A stretch of DNA of 64,000 nucleotides from contig CAVPGK010000010.1 of assembly GCA_963703955.1 (NCBI GenBank), positions 128,001 to 192,000 of the forward strand, given 5' to 3'. Position 1 is the stretch's first letter; the number at the start of each line of letters is the position of its first letter. This DNA comes from Nitrospirota bacterium (lineage in GTDB: Bacteria; Nitrospirota; Nitrospiria; Nitrospirales; Nitrospiraceae). A program made the position numbers and the translations under genes. Under the pieces are notes generated by a model. The model was not told the origin of the DNA and made no database searches. It saw only the letters and a list, made by a program, of their open reading frames with translations. Below, piece after piece: positions 62,874 to 64,000 of the stretch.

Positions 62874-63473
62874 TTACTTGGATTCAATCGGGATCGTGAT
62901 CACGATCCCTCCCATGACGTCATTCAACTTAAAATCACGTTTCGGACTGTTCGGGTGGGAGTTATGGCAGTCGATGCACGCCTGCGAGACGGCCACGTCG
63001 GCGTAGATGGCTTGAAAAAAGCGGTTTCTCTCGTTCTTGACGAACCCCGTGTATGGATGGTCAGGGTCCTTGTTCACCGTCTCAAGACCTTTTCGTTCGA
63101 AATCGGTGGAAGGAGCATTCCACACGTAAATGGGCCAAAGACTGACCAACCGGTATTTGACCCCACTGCCTCTCTCCGCCGCCAGTCGTCCTGTTTCAAT
63201 TAAGAACTGTGCCGGAAGGGGAAGCGCAGCCTCTTGCTTCCAATGTTCAGCCGCTTCCACGATGCCTTTCGCTTGCATCTTCTCAACGACATAGGTTGCA
63301 TAGACGGTTCGGTTCGCTTCGATGACCGCATGGAGGTGCTCGGCAACCTTCGCCGGATTAATACCGACCTGCTCGTCGGGGTCCCTTAACGCGGCGGACA
63401 CAGCCCAAAAGGCCATGCCGCCGAGGATCAGGAGAAAAACGCACGCAGCTCCCCAGAGGACGACTCGTTTCAT
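62874..63473 (-). CDS. DUF3365 / Tll0287-like heme c protein
   Basis: LPLPAQF, N.P..DFE..GL, CIDCH, DVMGGIVITIP. Confidence 0.8.
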   Translation of the reverse strand: MKRVVLWGAACVFLLILGGMAFWAVSAALRDPDEQVGINPAKVAEHLHAVIEANRTVYATYVVEKMQAKGIVEAAEHWKQEAALPLPAQFLIETGRLAAERGSGVKYRLVSLWPIYVWNAPSTDFERKGLETVNKDPDHPYTGFVKNERNRFFQAIYADVAVSQACIDCHNSHPNSPKRDFKLNDVMGGIVITIPIESK

Positions 63474-63481
63474 AGGCCTCC

Positions 63482-64000
63482 TTATCTGTGGACTTGACGA
63501 TACGCCTGCGCCGCCGCTTCCAGGGATGCGCCTGGACGTTCGATCCAGCGGTCGCGCACGCCGATCTCTTCCAGGGCGCTGAGGAGAGTCCACACGTGTG
63601 TTCGGGAGGAGGACTCGCCCATCAGACCGATCCGCCACACCTTGCCCTGAAGCGGGCCCAGGCCACCTCCGATCTCAATCCCATAGTCGCGCAACAGCGC
63701 AGCGCGAACGGCAGCCTCCTTGACCGAAGGCGGCACGGTGACGCAATGCAGGGTGGGGAGGCCGTAGCCTTCCTGCGCTAGCGGGGACAAACCCAGAGAC
63801 CCCAGCCCGGCGAGAAGCGCCCGGCTGTTCACTTGATGCCGAGCAAAGCGAGCCTCCAGTCCTTCTTCATGCACGAGACGAAGGGCCTCCCGCAGTGCGT
63901 AGAGCATGGAGATGGGCGCGGTATGGTGGTAGGCTCGTTTGGAATCCGCCCAATAATCCGCGATCAACGTCATGTCGAAGTACCAACTCTGGCACAAAAC
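63482..64000 (-). CDS. Alanine-glyoxylate / serine-pyruvate aminotransferase (class V), 5'-partial
   Basis: SWYFD..L...YW...RAYHHTAP, IEIGGGLGPL.GKVWRIGLMG. Confidence 0.9.
   Translation of the reverse strand, partial: VLCQSWYFDMTLIADYWADSKRAYHHTAPISMLYALREALRLVHEEGLEARFARHQVNSRALLAGLGSLGLSPLAQEGYGLPTLHCVTVPPSVKEAAVRAALLRDYGIEIGGGLGPLQGKVWRIGLMGESSSRTHVWTLLSALEEIGVRDRWIERPGASLEAAAQAYRQVHR

Overview
GC-rich bacterial chromosome segment. The gene content looks Nitrospirota-like, but that is an inference only. Most of the window is ordinary accessory or housekeeping genes: an Mla/MCE-type ABC operon, glpK-glpD, an FGE-sulfatase domain protein, Sel1/TPR proteins, a pilin, NhaP, signalling hybrids, a multiheme cytochrome and a DedA/flavoprotein/DUF547/GT2 cluster. 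Two regions stand out. (1) 1-2170 is the 3' half of a diversity-generating retroelement (DGR): an RT with the GNLTSQ and YVDD motifs, an AAC-rich template repeat overlapping the RT stop, a hicBA toxin-antitoxin pair, and then a start-less variable-repeat stub. The stub carries 15 adenine-specific substitutions and sits directly behind a sigma70-like promoter. (2) 57500-61450 is an integrase-less integron-type cassette region: one clean attC, a HEPN-motif cassette with an internal stop, and a methyltransferase. An IS110 (IS621-like) element has inserted exactly at the GTTAG recombination core. Its bridge RNA can be read from the sequence: the donor loop matches the element's own ends and the target loop matches CTAACT/CTATT, the integron core site. 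Also present: an LRR-Roc-COR-TIR protein, several gene remnants, and clustered single-base indels in the first 10 kb that are probably sequencing errors.
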